Shown piece by piece: positions 1 through 10,198 of a stretch of DNA of 64,000 nucleotides; the stretch's first letter is position 1, and each line of letters begins with the position of its first letter. The DNA is from an uncultured Gemmatimonadales bacterium (GTDB taxonomy: Bacteria; Gemmatimonadota; Gemmatimonadetes; Longimicrobiales; RSA9), in NCBI GenBank assembly GCA_963798845.1, contig CAWCUS010000004.1:1-64000 (forward strand), in the 5' to 3' direction. A program made the translations under genes and the position numbers. The notes below the pieces were generated by a model. That model was not told the origin of the DNA. It was given only the letters and a program-made list of their open reading frames with translations, and did not search any database.

Positions 1-2914
1 GGAGAGTGGGTGAGCAGGAACAGGTTGCGGTCGGGTGGCGGCTGGTGACGGCACGCGGCTTCCGCCGCCTCCGCTGACGGTGTAGCCGGCCCAGTAGTAG
101 GGGTGAGACCAGCGATCGTTGCGCTGTAGGTCGTTCTGTGCGGCGGCAGCGGCCTCCGCCGGTGGCAGGGCACGCAGGTGGTGATAGAAGCGGCGGGCGA
201 AGAACGCCGCGCCTTCGTCCTCGACGCGCCAGAGTGTGGCCACGACGGTACCGACGCCACTATAAAGGAAGGCTTGGGCAAGCGTGCCGTAGTCGGCCTG
301 GACAGCGAAGCCGGTGGACCAGGCGGCGCGGACGCCCGTCTCGCGATCGGACAGGAAGACGAGCGGTGACGTGCTGCGCAGCGCAACCAGCTCGTGGACC
401 TCGAGGCGCCCATCCGCTGGCGAGCCCGGCCCCGCCGAGGCCAGTTGAATGCGCGAGAACATGGGGTTCCGCGCGTTCATCACCGCATGGAGGCAATGTG
501 CACCGGGCGCCCGTCGGCGAGGGCACGACGGACTGCCGTTTCGGTGGCGGCGGGCCCCACGGAAGCGCTTCCGGGCGGGTCCAGCGACGGGAACATGCCC
601 GCTTCGGCCATGGTGGCGGGGAGCCGCTCGGGGAAGGGGGCGAACGCCGCCACCCCGTTCCGCATCCCCTGACCGGACGGTGGCAGGGCCAACGCCCCTG
701 CGTTGGGCAGTATTCGGAGCGCGAAATCCCTGGAGAGGAATCGCTCGGTAGCGGGGTCCCTGAGCGCGGCGAAGGGGAGATAGCTGAGCGTCCCTTGGGG
801 CACCAGCGTGAGGCGTCGGAGCCGACGCGTGCCGATCACCTCCCGGACGGGCTGCAGCAGAAGGGAATGAAGCGACTCGAGGACAGGCCAGAGCTCTTCG
901 GGGGCCCGGCCGCTGTGCTGGAGGAGATCCCGTGCCAGGCGCACCCGGCTCGCCAGCTGTTCCCGGGCAATGCGCGTGGTCCGGACTCGGATCGCCTCCG
1001 GTAGGACGACGAAGATGACCACGCGATCCGGCAGGACCAGGTACTCCACCAGCGCCTCGTCTCGCTCGAGCGATGCGCGGATCTCCCGCGGGGGCAGCGG
1101 CCGCGCACCCACCGCCGCCGCTGCGGTCGGCTGCCGCTGCATGAATTGGAGGAGCAGCCCCTCGTAGCGGGCGCGCGCTTCGGCCAGATCATTGAGCAGC
1201 GCCGACCCGGCGGGTGCGGCCTCGCCACGGGCGGTTCCCCCCTCCGGCTCAGCCTCGGCCAGACGGTCCAGAAGCTCATCGATACGCCGAAGCAGTGCGT
1301 CGGCTTCCGAAAGCTCGGCGAACGCGGAGGTGGAATCCCGTACAGAGGAGAGGTGCTCCAGCAGCGCGCGCCCCCGCGCGGCATCGGCCACCTCGAACGC
1401 CTCATCGACGGTGCCCCGGGCAAGGAGCGCCAGAACGAGATCGCCGTACACCCCGGCCATGCGGCTCTGGTACGAGGTCCGCAGCACTTCCGTCCCGATG
1501 CGACGGCGCACGCGCTCGACTGCAGCCACTGCCCGGGACCCCGCGGCGATGGCTGAGTCGACAGCGCCCAACCGGCGGAATGCACTCGCGCGGAGCGCAT
1601 GCACCTCCCACTCGTCCGCCGGCCGCATCCGGTCCGGGGTGCGGGTCAGGCCGTTCAGGGTCCGGATCACGCCATCCGCGTCGCCAGCGCGGTTCTCGAT
1701 CCTGGCGCGGGCCAGTTCGACCCTATCCAGCATGGCCGTGACACCGATATCCAAGGCAGCGCGGCCGGCGCGGGCCAGCAGGGTATCCGCGGCGTGCGCC
1801 CGGCCACTCGTTGCGGCCAGCTCAGCGAGCGCCACCAGGTCATCGATCCGCTCCAGCTCGGCCCCGGCCTCCGTGTGCCGATCGAGCGCTGACAGCAGCT
1901 CCTCCTGCGCCCGATCCACCTGGCCCGCTTCCGCTTCGAGACGGCTGCGGCTGCGAAGGATGTCGCCCGCCTCACTGAGTGCGCCCATGGATTCATAAAG
2001 GCCAGCCGCCTCCCGATAGGCGCGCAACGCTCGCCTGTCCTGGCCCGCCTCCGCGTAGAGGTCGGCGATCATCTCGAGGCTGCTCGCCTCCTCCCCGCGC
2101 ATGCCGCGCTCCCGCGCCAGGATCCGGGCGCTGTCGAGCGCGACGAACCCTTCGCGCATCTCCCCCATGGCGGCGAGCGCCACCCCGCGCTGCCCGAGCG
2201 CCTCGATCTCGCCGAGAGGGTCCTCGATCTCGCGATGGATCCGCGACGCCGAGTCCAGCCAGGCCAGGGCCGACGCGGGGGCGTCCCGCCACAATTCCAG
2301 CGTAGCGAGGTTGATCAGGACCCGCGCAGTCGATGGCCGGTCGCCCAGGCGGCGGACTCTGGAAAGGGCCTGGGTGAAGCTGTGCTGCGCCTCCGAGAAG
2401 CGCCCGAGATCCAGCTGGACCAGACCCAGGTTCTGGCCGAGGCGCGGGACATACCGATCGTCACCCACGCGCCGGGCGACGCTCAGGCCCTCCCGGTACA
2501 ACGTTTCAGCTTCGAACAGCCGCCCCTCGTCCCACGCCAGCAGTCCCAGCGCGTTGTAGGAGCGGGGCAGCAGGGTGTCGAGGCCTCGTTCGCGCGCGAT
2601 CGACAGCGCCCGCTCGCCCAGCTCCGAAGCGGCCGCGTAGTCACCTCGCCGCCACGCGGCGAGCCCGAGTAATGTCAGCACCTCCGGCTCACGGTCGGTC
2701 CCAGAAAGTGCTTCCAACGCACGGGTCCAAAGCACGGCGGCCGTGTCGAAGCGCGCTGCCGCGTACAGGCTGTCCGCCGCATCCAGCAACGTTGCGAGGG
2801 CCACGGAGCTTCGTGGACGCCGCGGGCAGCCCCCGCTGCGCGGTCCGACACTTCGTCGCACCCGGCCAGTATCGTCACGAGCACCACGGCTCGAGCGCAC
2901 AGCCGGACCCTCAC
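1..2914 (-). CDS. Lipoprotein TPR + CHAT (caspase-like) domain protein, interrupted by two apparent single-base frameshifts (~2805 and ~488); 3' end runs off the window
   Basis: The GTG at 2914 overlaps the upstream stop and gives VRVRLCARAVVLVTILAGC (lipobox). ORF 480..2975 supplies TPR-like helices and CHAT N-terminal motifs (AFEVADAARGRALLE, LTLVPQGTLSYLPFAAL). Manual translation after ~488 continues HIAS[H]AVMNARNPMFSRIQL...VFLSDRETG...LAQAFLYSG...TLWRVEDE...SHPYYWAGYTVSG, the typical CHAT C-terminus. Confidence 0.85.
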
Positions 2915-3545
2915 GGCGCCACCTGGAACGGTTGCTGGCCCGTGGTGGCCGACGTGAGGTCCGGCAGGAGCGCATCCGTTCGCCAGTAGTACCGGCCAGG
3001 GCCTAGCTGGGCCTCCACATTGCGCGGGAGGGAGACCGAGTCCTGGGTCGTCCGCGTGCTCCATATGACATTGCCATCGGGTGCGACCAAGGCGAAATCG
3101 TACAGGACGCCGTCGCCGAGCCCCTCCCAGCGGAACGTGACCGGCATCCCGGGGTGCGCCGACGGCGGCGCACCGGCGTCAATGGATCGCGCCGCCCCGG
3201 CCGCGGGCATGTCGCCGCGCAGTGCCACGTCGGCCGGCCCGGAGGGCGGGCGCAGCAGAGCACACCCGCGATGGAGGCTGCAGCCAGCAACGTGGCGGCG
3301 CCGCCCGCGCGGGCGAGGAAGCGGCTTCGCCCAGGGCGAGCGGCACCCGAGCCGACGTCGACCCGGGTGGCGTCGGAATCCAACAGGGCCACCACCTCTG
3401 AAAGCTCGGTCCGGCATCGATCGCACGCGCCCATGTGATCCTCCGCGCTGTTCCGAGCGGCCGCGGACAGGGTGCCGTCGACGTATGCAGCCATCTCCTC
3501 GGCCGTAAGGTGCTGCGCTGAGCTGCCGGTCATTCGTGAAGCCAT
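2911..3545 (-). CDS. Membrane-anchored zinc-finger (zf-HC2/ZAS) anti-sigma factor with a C-terminal extracytoplasmic beta-rich domain; apparent frameshift at ~3258
   Basis: HLTAEEMAAYVDG...EDHMGACDRC (HxxxCxxC) is followed by a TM segment in ORF 3003..3620. Adding one C (CTC^CTG) joins it to the frame of ORF 2911..3426 (...FRWEG...YYWRTDA...FQVAP*). Start is ATG 3545 or 3533. Confidence 0.8.
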
Positions 3546-3572
3546 CGATTGAGTGTTTGGGGCTCTACAGGT

Positions 3573-3602
3573 ATTGCACGGAACCCACGCACCCGATTTG
3601 CG
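3573..3602 (-). promoter_or_regulatory. Putative ECF promoter CGCAAAT-N14-CCGTGCAAT upstream of the anti-sigma/CHAT unit
   Basis: Reverse complement of atttgcg (3596-3602) and attgcacgg (3573-3581), separated by 14 nt. The same motif occurs at 4411-4440 on the + strand. Confidence 0.6.
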
Positions 3603-3624
3603 CGACCCGGTCGGGAGCAAGCCC

Positions 3625-4350
3625 TCAGGCGGAGGTTTCGGTGATGCCGGCCTGGTCCAGGTCGGCCCGCAGCCGCTGCAGCAGCCGATCGACCTGTCGG
3701 TAGACGTGGAACGGAGAGGGTAGGCCGAGAATTCGCGCGACCCGTGACGCGGGCAGACCGTCCTGCACCCGCAGCGCGAGCATCAGCCGGTCTCTCGGCT
3801 CCAGCTTCGCCAGTGCCGATCCGAGAGCATCGTCGCGCTCGCGCCGGCGCGTCGCTCGCTCCGGATCGGGGCCGCCGCCGAGCAGCGTCTCCGCCACATC
3901 GATCCTTTCCCCTCGCAGGTCCGCAAGACGACGTCGGAGCTGCCATCGACCGTCCTCGGCAGACGACGAACCGCTCTTTCGCCGGCCGTAGCGCCGCCGG
4001 TGTTGGTCGAGGCACAGGCGGCGCACAACCACAACCAGCCACGTGCTGAAACGGCTTCGCCCGTCCCCCTGGAACCTGCGCAGCCGCGCGCACTCGTCCT
4101 CGCGCAGCCGCGAGAGGACAAAGGCGTACCGGTCCATGACGGCGTCGCGGTGGCCGCCCATGGAGCGCGCCACACTCAGGATGAGCGGCGTGTACGCTTC
4201 GACGAAACGGGTCCACGCAGCCTCGTGGGCCGCAGCATCGGAAGAAGCGAGAAGCGCGTCTAGCTCCGGCGGCGTCTCTGGCAAGGGGAGGCGGCATCGC
4301 GGGGAATCGCCGACCGGCCGGCCCGACGGGGGCGGCGGTGGCGGGGGCAA
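3625..4350 (-). CDS. ECF-type sigma-70 factor (start uncertain: TTG 4350 or 4284)
   Basis: Region 2-like AWTRFVEAYTPLI...RFSTWLVVVVRRLCLD and region 4-like ALAKLEPRDRLMLALRVQDGLPASRVARILG; adjacent to the ZAS anti-sigma gene. Confidence 0.85.
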   Translation of the reverse strand: MPPPPPPPSGRPVGDSPRCRLPLPETPPELDALLASSDAAAHEAAWTRFVEAYTPLILSVARSMGGHRDAVMDRYAFVLSRLREDECARLRRFQGDGRSRFSTWLVVVVRRLCLDQHRRRYGRRKSGSSSAEDGRWQLRRRLADLRGERIDVAETLLGGGPDPERATRRRERDDALGSALAKLEPRDRLMLALRVQDGLPASRVARILGLPSPFHVYRQVDRLLQRLRADLDQAGITETSA

Positions 4351-4410
4351 ACCAGTATTTGTAGCGAGAGCCGCAGAGGCAAGGGTTTCCTCACGGCACA
4401 CGGCGGGCGG

Positions 4411-4440
4411 CGCAAATTCACACCGCCGCATCCGTGCAAT
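4411..4440 (+). promoter_or_regulatory. Putative ECF promoter CGCAAAT-N14-CCGTGCAAT upstream of the LuxR-type gene
   Basis: cgcaaat at 4411-4417 and ccgtgcaat at 4432-4440; 16/16 identity in the two boxes with the 3573-3602 copy. Confidence 0.6.
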
Positions 4441-4447
4441 GAGGGTG

Positions 4448-5008
4448 ATGAGCGAGCTTGCTTCGTACGCGAACGTGCTGTCGGCCCTCTCGGAGCCGGC
4501 GGGGGTTTTCGACCTCGACTGCCGTCTCTTTCACGAGACGCGGTCGCTCGAGCGGCTGCTGCGGCAGGAGCCGGAAGCGTCACGGATCCGGAGTGCCATG
4601 GCCGGAGCGGCCGACGTCATCAGCGCGGTGCGCACGCCCTTCGTGATCGGGGCGCCCATTACGGTCGCAACCCGGCGCTCGACGTATCACCTCCATCCCA
4701 GCCGCCTGCCTGAAGGTTTGGTAGACCCGGAGCCGGCGCTGCTCGTGCTCGTGCACCGGCACGAAGCCCGTCTGCCAGACGCCCGGTCCCTGGAGGGGCG
4801 TTTCGATCTCACCCCACGCCAGGCGGAGGTCGCGCTGCTCCTGGGCCGCCGCAAGACCACCCCGGAGATCGCGCGCGCCCTCACAATCAGCCCTCACACC
4901 GCGAGGCGCCATACGGAGGTCGTGCTGGCGAAGCTCGGGGTGCATTCCCGGCGTGACGTCCTGGCCAGGATCCTCGAGCCGGGGGCGGAACGGCGCCGGG
5001 CGAGCTGA
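4448..5008 (+). CDS. LuxR/GerE-type helix-turn-helix transcriptional regulator (start ATG 4448 or 4439)
   Basis: C-terminal FDLTPRQAEVALLLGRRKTTPEIARALTISPHTARRHTEVVLAKLGVHSR is a LuxR HTH. Confidence 0.85.
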   Translation: MSELASYANVLSALSEPAGVFDLDCRLFHETRSLERLLRQEPEASRIRSAMAGAADVISAVRTPFVIGAPITVATRRSTYHLHPSRLPEGLVDPEPALLVLVHRHEARLPDARSLEGRFDLTPRQAEVALLLGRRKTTPEIARALTISPHTARRHTEVVLAKLGVHSRRDVLARILEPGAERRRAS

Positions 5009-5261
5009 CCCGCCGCGCACTACGAACGGGCTTTCCATCTAGAGGCCTCGGGCCGCGCCAACCGCCCTGGAGCGGGGTCTTCCGAGCGGGAAGCCGCGCG
5101 TTGGCCCGCCGTGAGGTAGGGGCGCGCCGTTGGCGATCCTCGCGCGCGCCGGGGCGCGTGCCCCGCGACCGCCGAAGGCGGGCGCGCCCACCGCCACCGC
5201 CACCGGGCGCCCGGTATCCTCAGGGCCGGGGCGAACCCGGCTGAGAAAGGCACCCCGCGGA

Positions 5262-5291
5262 TTGGCCGGGCGGGTGCCTGCGCACTATAAT
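5262..5291 (+). promoter_or_regulatory. Sigma70-type promoter of the thiolase operon
   Basis: TTGGCC-N18-TATAAT, with a perfect -10 at 5286-5291, ~65 nt upstream of ATG 5355. Confidence 0.5.
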
Positions 5292-5354
5292 ACCGCGGCT
5301 CTCAGCCCCGCCGCGGGCGGGCTCTTTCGACCGGACAATGCAGGAGACGGATAG

Positions 5355-6566
5355 ATGTCGGATCCAGCACGGACTGCCGTACTCGTTTCCGGGGCGCGCA
5401 CCCCGGTCGGCCGCTTCCTGGGCGGCCTTTCCTCCCTGAAGGCCACGGACCTGGGCGGGATCGCCATCAAGGCTGCGCTCGAGCGGTCCGGAGCGGATCC
5501 CAAAGACCTGGAGGACGTGATCCTGGGCAACGTGGTTTCGGCCGGGCTCGGCCAGGCGCCCGCGCGGCAGGCGGCCATGGCGGGTGGCGTCCCGGACAGC
5601 GTGGGGGCGATGGCGGTGAGCCGGGTATGCGGCTCGGGGCTGCAGGCCGTGATGCTGGCAGCGCAGGCCATCAGGGCTGGCGATGCGCGGGTGATGCTGG
5701 CGGGCGGGATGGAATCCATGTCCAACGCGCCCTACTACCTGTTCGGGCATCGCGGGGGCGTGAAGTTCGGGAACCAGGAGCTGCTGGACGGCCTGATCTA
5801 CGACGGGCTCTGGTGCGCGTTCGGCCATTGCCACATGGGCGGCCACGCGGAGTACACGGCCGACAAGGCGGGGATCACGCGGGAGGCCGCGGACGAGTTC
5901 TCGCTGAAATCCCACCAGAAGGCGGTGGCGGCGCAGGACGAGGGGAAGTTCAAGGACGAGATCGTCCCCGTGGAGATCCCGGGGCGGAAGGGGACGACGG
6001 TGGTGGACGCGGACGAGTCGCCGCGGCGGGACACGTCGCTGGAGGCGCTGGGGAAGCTGAAGCCCGCGTTCACCCGCGACATGCCGGAGCACATCACGAA
6101 CCCGGTGGTCACGGCCGGGAACGCGCCGGGCCTGAACGACGGCGCGGCGGCCGTGGTGGTGACGAGCGAGGAGTACGCCCTGGCGCACGGGCTGGAGATC
6201 CTGGCCCGGGTGAACGCCTACTCCAGTGGCGCGGTCACGCCCCAGGAGCTGTTCTTCGCGCCCGTCCGCGCGGTGCGCCGGGTGATGGAGAAGGACGGCC
6301 GCTCCATCGACGACTACGACCTGATCGAGGCGAACGAGGCGTTTGCCGTCCAGGCCCTCGCCGACGGCAAGGAGCTGGGCTGGGACTGGGACCGGGTGAA
6401 CGTTCACGGCGGCGCCGTGGCGATGGGCCACCCCATCGGCGCGTCCGGGACCCGGATCCTGGTGACACTGCTGAATGCCATGAAGCAGCGCGGCGCCGGC
6501 ACCGGGCTCGCCACGCTCTGTCTCGGCGGCGGGGACGCCGTCGCCATGTCCGTGGAAAGGGTTTGA
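5355..6566 (+). CDS. atoB: Acetyl-CoA C-acyltransferase (thiolase)
   Basis: ARTPVG, VCGSGL catalytic Cys, NEAF, GHPIGASG and TLCLGGG motifs; SD aggag. Confidence 0.93.
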   Translation: MSDPARTAVLVSGARTPVGRFLGGLSSLKATDLGGIAIKAALERSGADPKDLEDVILGNVVSAGLGQAPARQAAMAGGVPDSVGAMAVSRVCGSGLQAVMLAAQAIRAGDARVMLAGGMESMSNAPYYLFGHRGGVKFGNQELLDGLIYDGLWCAFGHCHMGGHAEYTADKAGITREAADEFSLKSHQKAVAAQDEGKFKDEIVPVEIPGRKGTTVVDADESPRRDTSLEALGKLKPAFTRDMPEHITNPVVTAGNAPGLNDGAAAVVVTSEEYALAHGLEILARVNAYSSGAVTPQELFFAPVRAVRRVMEKDGRSIDDYDLIEANEAFAVQALADGKELGWDWDRVNVHGGAVAMGHPIGASGTRILVTLLNAMKQRGAGTGLATLCLGGGDAVAMSVERV

Positions 6567-6567
6567 C

Positions 6568-7155
6568 ATGAACGAGATGATCCTGCGCCTCCGGGCCGCC
6601 GCGACCACGAAAGTCGTTTCCAGCCGCAGCGCTCGACGGGTCATGGCCGTGGGCGCGTTCGCCATCGCGACGGCGCTGGGCGCGCAGGTGGAGGTCGTGA
6701 TCGGACCCGTTCCGCTCACCCTCCAGACGCTGTTCGTGATCCTGGCCGGCGTGATGCTGGGCGCGCGGCTCGGCGCCGCGTCCCAGATTGCTTACCTGGC
6801 CATGGGGATCGCCGGGCTACCGGTGTTCTCCGGCGGCGCCATGGGGCCCGCCTGGCTGCTGGGTCCCACGGGCGGCTACCTGCTGGCTTTCCCGGTGGCC
6901 GCGTTCGTCGCGGGCGCCGTGGCCGGGCCGGTGCGGCGCAGCCTCGGCGGAGGCGTGCGGCTGCTGGCGGGGTTGCTGGCGGGCTCGGCCGCCGTGCTCC
7001 TGGTGGGTTCCGCGCAGCTGGCGGCGCTCACGGGGGACCCGGCGCGCGCGGTCGCTGCGGGGGTCGCACCCTTCCTCGCGGGCGACCTGGTGAAGGTAGC
7101 GCTCGCTTTCCTGATCGCGTGGCGCACGCGTGGCCGGACCCTCGGGCTTCTCTGA
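6568..7155 (+). CDS. bioY: Biotin transporter BioY
   Basis: PVPLTLQTLFV...YLAMGIAGLPVFSGG...GPTGGYLLAF...PFLAGDLVK. Confidence 0.92.
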   Translation: MNEMILRLRAAATTKVVSSRSARRVMAVGAFAIATALGAQVEVVIGPVPLTLQTLFVILAGVMLGARLGAASQIAYLAMGIAGLPVFSGGAMGPAWLLGPTGGYLLAFPVAAFVAGAVAGPVRRSLGGGVRLLAGLLAGSAAVLLVGSAQLAALTGDPARAVAAGVAPFLAGDLVKVALAFLIAWRTRGRTLGLL

Positions 7156-7170
7156 CCCGGGGGTTTTTCG

Positions 7171-8073
7171 TTGACAGCAGGCGAGGGACCACGATGGCTC
7201 GTGAGCGAAGGCCGGCTGCGGACACCGTGGCGGCTCGTGTCCTTCGTCGTCCTGTTTTTCGCGGTCCTGCGCCTGGAGCTCTTCTTCGTGCCCGCGCTGG
7301 CCACCGTGTCGACCGAGGGACGGGTGCGCCCGGGGCTGATCGCGCAGGCCATGCTCATGCTGGTCGCGTCCTTCGCCGCGGCGTGGCCGCTCCTGCGCTG
7401 GGTGGATCGCCGGCCGTGGCGGTGGCTGGGCGTCGGGATCGACGGACGCGTCCCGCGTCGGCTACTGGCGGGTCTCGTGCTCGGGGCCGCGCCGCTCGCC
7501 CTGGTCGTGGCCGTGATGACGGCGGCGGGCGCGTTCCGCTACACCGCCGAGCCCGGCACGCCGGGCGAATGGCTGGCCACGGCCGGTCTCGGGCTCGCGT
7601 GGCTGGCGATCCCGGCCGCCTCGGAGGAGGCGCTGTTCCGGGGCTACCCGCTGCGCACGCTGGCGGAGGGCGCAGGGCCGCTGGCTGCGACGCTGATCAT
7701 GAGCACGCTGTTCTCGCTCGTGCACGTGGGGAATCCCAACGTGGACGCCCTGGGGCTGCTGAACATCTTCCTGGCCGGCGTGCTCCTGTCCGCGGCGGTG
7801 CTCTGGACGGGGAGCCTGTGGCTGGCGTTCGCCATCCACCTGGGATGGAACTGGGCGATCGCGGGGCTGCTCGACCTGCCGGTGAGCGGGCTGGCCGCGC
7901 TGGACGCGCCCTACTACGACGCGCATCCGTTGGGTCCTGCCTGGCTCACGGGCGGCGCGTTCGGGCCCGAGGGCGGGCTGGCGGCGACCTTCGCCATCCT
8001 GCTCACCATCGTCCTGCTGCGGGTTTACGTGCGGCGCGGCAACGGAGCCGCGGCGCCTGAATACGGGAGATAG
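7171..8073 (+). CDS. CPBP (CAAX-protease-like/Abi) intramembrane glutamic endopeptidase (start may be GTG 7201)
   Basis: [18 protein letters not shown] and GGAFGPEGG motifs; multiple TM helices. Confidence 0.88.
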   Translation: MTAGEGPRWLVSEGRLRTPWRLVSFVVLFFAVLRLELFFVPALATVSTEGRVRPGLIAQAMLMLVASFAAAWPLLRWVDRRPWRWLGVGIDGRVPRRLLAGLVLGAAPLALVVAVMTAAGAFRYTAEPGTPGEWLATAGLGLAWLAIPAASEEALFRGYPLRTLAEGAGPLAATLIMSTLFSLVHVGNPNVDALGLLNIFLAGVLLSAAVLWTGSLWLAFAIHLGWNWAIAGLLDLPVSGLAALDAPYYDAHPLGPAWLTGGAFGPEGGLAATFAILLTIVLLRVYVRRGNGAAAPEYGR

Positions 8074-8078
8074 AGTCC

Positions 8079-8930
8079 ATGGCCGGGATCGATAGAGTCG
8101 GTGTCGTCGGCGGCGGCACCATGGGGAACGGGATCGCGCACCTCTTCGCCCAGCACGGCCACCCGGTCGTGCTGGTGGACGTCGACCAGGGCCGCCTCGA
8201 CGCGGCGCTGGGCACCATCCGCAAGAACCTGGAGCGGCAGGCGAAGAAGGGCGCCATCGAAGAGAGCGCGATCGGCGACATCACGGGCCGGATCCAGGGC
8301 GCCACCGAGCTCGACGCCGTGCAGGGGATCCGCCTCGTGGTGGAGGCCGTACCGGAGAAGCTGGAGCTCAAGAGCGACATCCTGCGGCGGCTCGATCCGC
8401 TGGTCGGCGACGGGATCCTCGCGTCCAACACGTCGTCGATCTCCATCACGGCGCTCGCGGCCATCACTTCGAGGCCCGAGCGCGTCATCGGTATGCACTT
8501 CATGAACCCGGTGCCGGTGATGAAGCTCGTGGAGGTGATCCGCGGACTCCAGACCAGCGACGAGACCACCAGAACGGTCATGGAGCTGTCGGCTGCTCTC
8601 GACAAGACGCCCGTGGAGGTGAACGACTTTCCCGGCTTCGTGTCGAACCGGGTGCTCATGCCCATGATCAACGAGGCGGTGTTCGCCCTCATGGAGGGGG
8701 TGGCGGAGGCCGAAGCGATCGACACGGTCATGAAGCTGGGGATGAATCATCCGATGGGCCCGCTGGCACTCGCGGACCTGATCGGCCTGGACACGTGCCT
8801 GAACATCCTCGAGGTCCTGCACCGGGACCTCGGCGACGACCGCTACCGACCCTGCCCGCTCCTGCGGAAGTACGTGGACGCCGGGTGGCAGGGACGCAAG
8901 AGCGGACGGGGGTTCTACAGCTACGCATAG
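8079..8930 (+). CDS. hbd: 3-hydroxybutyryl-CoA dehydrogenase
   Basis: [30 protein letters not shown] and HPMGPL motifs. Confidence 0.94.
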   Translation: MAGIDRVGVVGGGTMGNGIAHLFAQHGHPVVLVDVDQGRLDAALGTIRKNLERQAKKGAIEESAIGDITGRIQGATELDAVQGIRLVVEAVPEKLELKSDILRRLDPLVGDGILASNTSSISITALAAITSRPERVIGMHFMNPVPVMKLVEVIRGLQTSDETTRTVMELSAALDKTPVEVNDFPGFVSNRVLMPMINEAVFALMEGVAEAEAIDTVMKLGMNHPMGPLALADLIGLDTCLNILEVLHRDLGDDRYRPCPLLRKYVDAGWQGRKSGRGFYSYA

Positions 8931-9082
8931 GGTCTGTGCCAGGCAGGCGAGCAGGCGAGCAGGTTGGGGGCGGTTCAGAAACGCGGCCGCCCAGCGGCCG
9001 CTGACGCGCCGCGCAGCGGCGCATGCGCGCCCCGCCGTGGCGCAAGCGCGGCCGCAGGCCGCAACCGCGAGCGAAACGAGCT

Positions 9083-10198
9083 ATGACCGAGCTGACAGCC
9101 GAGATCCGGGAGCTGGCGACGCAGTTCGCCGAAAGCGAGCTCCGGCCGCACGTGGAAGCGTGGGACCGGGAAGCGCGCCTAGCCCCGTCCGTGCTGGCCC
9201 AGCTGGGGGAGCTGGGCTTCTTCGGCATGCTCGTGCCGGAGGAGCACGGCGGGATGGACTTCGACCTGCCGACATACCTGGCGGCAGTGGAGACCCTGTC
9301 GTGGGGCGAGCCCGCGGTGGGGCTGACGCTGTCGATCCACAGCGCGTTCGCCGTGACGCTTCTGGTACGCCACGGCACGGCCGGGCAGAAGAGGCAATGG
9401 CTGCCATCGCTCGCGTCGGGGGAGCGGGTGGGGTGCTTCGCGCTCTCGGAGGAGGAAGCGGGCTCCGATGCCGCGGCGGTATCGGCGCGCGCGGATCGAG
9501 CGGGCGATGGCTGGGTCCTGAACGGCGTGAAGAAATGGGTGACGAACGGTCGCCTGGCGGGGCTCGCGGTGGTGGTGGCGAGGACGGGCGGGGAGGGCCC
9601 GGACGGGCTGAGCGCGTTCGTCGTCCCGACGGATACGGACGGCTGGGCAGTGGGGAGGCGGGAGACCACCATGGGGCTGCGGCCGCTGGAGGTGGTCACC
9701 GTCGAGATGCGAGACCTCCGTCTGACGGGAGACGCGCTGCTGGGTGAGGAGGGCGCGGGCTTCCGGCTGGCGATGGAGGGGCTGGACCTGGGTCGCCTGG
9801 GCATCGCTGCACAGGCGGTGGGGATCGGGCAGGCCGCGCTGGACCACGCGCTGAGGTATGCGGGCGAGCGGGAACAGTTCGGCCACGCCATCCGGGAGTT
9901 CGAGGCGATCCAGTTCAAGCTGGCGGACATGGCCACGAAGGTGGAGGCCGCCAGGGCGCTGCTCGAAAGGGCTGCGGAGAAGGGGGCCACGCGCTGGTCA
10001 GCCATGGCGAAGCTGTTTTCCAGCGAGACGGCGATGGCGGTGGCTACGGAAGCGGTGCAGATCTTCGGCGGATACGGCTACATGCGGGACTATCCCGTGG
10101 AGAAGCTGATGCGGGATGCCAAGGCCACGGAGATCTACGAGGGCACAAACGAGATCCAGCGCGCGGTGATCGCGCGGGAGCTTTACCGGAGGAGATGA
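9083..10198 (+). CDS. Acyl-CoA dehydrogenase (short/branched-chain type)
   Basis: [40 protein letters not shown] and [10 protein letters not shown] motifs. Confidence 0.93.
   Translation: MTELTAEIRELATQFAESELRPHVEAWDREARLAPSVLAQLGELGFFGMLVPEEHGGMDFDLPTYLAAVETLSWGEPAVGLTLSIHSAFAVTLLVRHGTAGQKRQWLPSLASGERVGCFALSEEEAGSDAAAVSARADRAGDGWVLNGVKKWVTNGRLAGLAVVVARTGGEGPDGLSAFVVPTDTDGWAVGRRETTMGLRPLEVVTVEMRDLRLTGDALLGEEGAGFRLAMEGLDLGRLGIAAQAVGIGQAALDHALRYAGEREQFGHAIREFEAIQFKLADMATKVEAARALLERAAEKGATRWSAMAKLFSSETAMAVATEAVQIFGGYGYMRDYPVEKLMRDAKATEIYEGTNEIQRAVIARELYRRR

Noticed and set aside
4361..4390. GGAAAC-N18-CGCTAC upstream of the ECF gene as an autoregulatory promoter
   Set aside because: A single weak match that differs from the duplicated CGCAAAT/CCGTGCAAT motif; not supportable without TSS data.
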